From a virus (lineage: Duplodnaviria; Caudoviricetes), in the IMG/VR virus record IMGVR_UViG_3300011439_000001, positions 1 to 54,264 of that record: a DNA stretch of 54,264 nt; one strand, given 5' to 3'. The translations under genes and the position numbers were made by a program. Positions within the stretch are counted from its first letter, which is position 1; each line of letters opens with the position of its first letter. Of this stretch, positions 54,142 through 54,264 are shown in pieces. The notes under the pieces are model-generated. The model did no database searches. It saw only the letters and a list, made by a program, of their open reading frames with translations, and was not told the origin of the DNA.

Positions 54142-54264
54142 CGTCATCATCGCCTGTCTTACTCCTATTACTCCGTTTATATTTGCACTAATGTTTGGGA
54201 GGTGGAGTCTGTGAGGCTCTGGCTGCAAACTCGCGAAGGCTCTTGGTGGGTCTGGCTTGGGAAC
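54142..54264. repeat. Terminal direct repeat, right copy (123 bp)
   Basis: Identical to 1-123. Confidence 0.97.

Noticed and set aside
1-54264. Stop-codon reassignment suggested by frequent TAG
   Set aside because: Core genes are full length under the standard code, several end in TAG, and no suppressor tRNA is present.

Overview
The window appears to be a complete ~54.1-kb tailed dsDNA phage genome of siphovirus type. Bases 1-123 are repeated exactly at 54142-54264, so the contig is circular or terminally redundant. The left arm (~358-29854, - strand) carries lysis and membrane genes, tail, head, portal and large terminase. It also holds an unusual ~9-kb block of repeat/lectin-like virion genes between a putative small terminase and the large terminase. 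The right arm (~30047-end, + strand) carries many small early genes and several sigma70-type promoters. It continues with an RNA-rich locus at 38.5-40.5 kb and then replication genes: SNF2 helicase, Cas4/RecB-like nuclease, AAA_24 ATPase, SSB, primase-helicase, dNMP kinase, MazG, a UDG-fused family A polymerase and a RuvC-like resolvase. I see no integrase or repressor, so the phage is probably lytic. An actinobacterial host is inferred from gene families and promoter style but is not established. The most striking unexplained element is the 38.5-40.5 kb locus. It contains a promoter-driven ~630-nt non-coding region of back-to-back helices with several possible loop-loop pairings, a secreted Rpf-like transglycosylase that seems to start at CUG, a possible secreted 17-aa peptide, and a tRNA-like RNA with no canonical anticodon arm. 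All family assignments come from recognising motifs by eye. No searches or folding programs were run.
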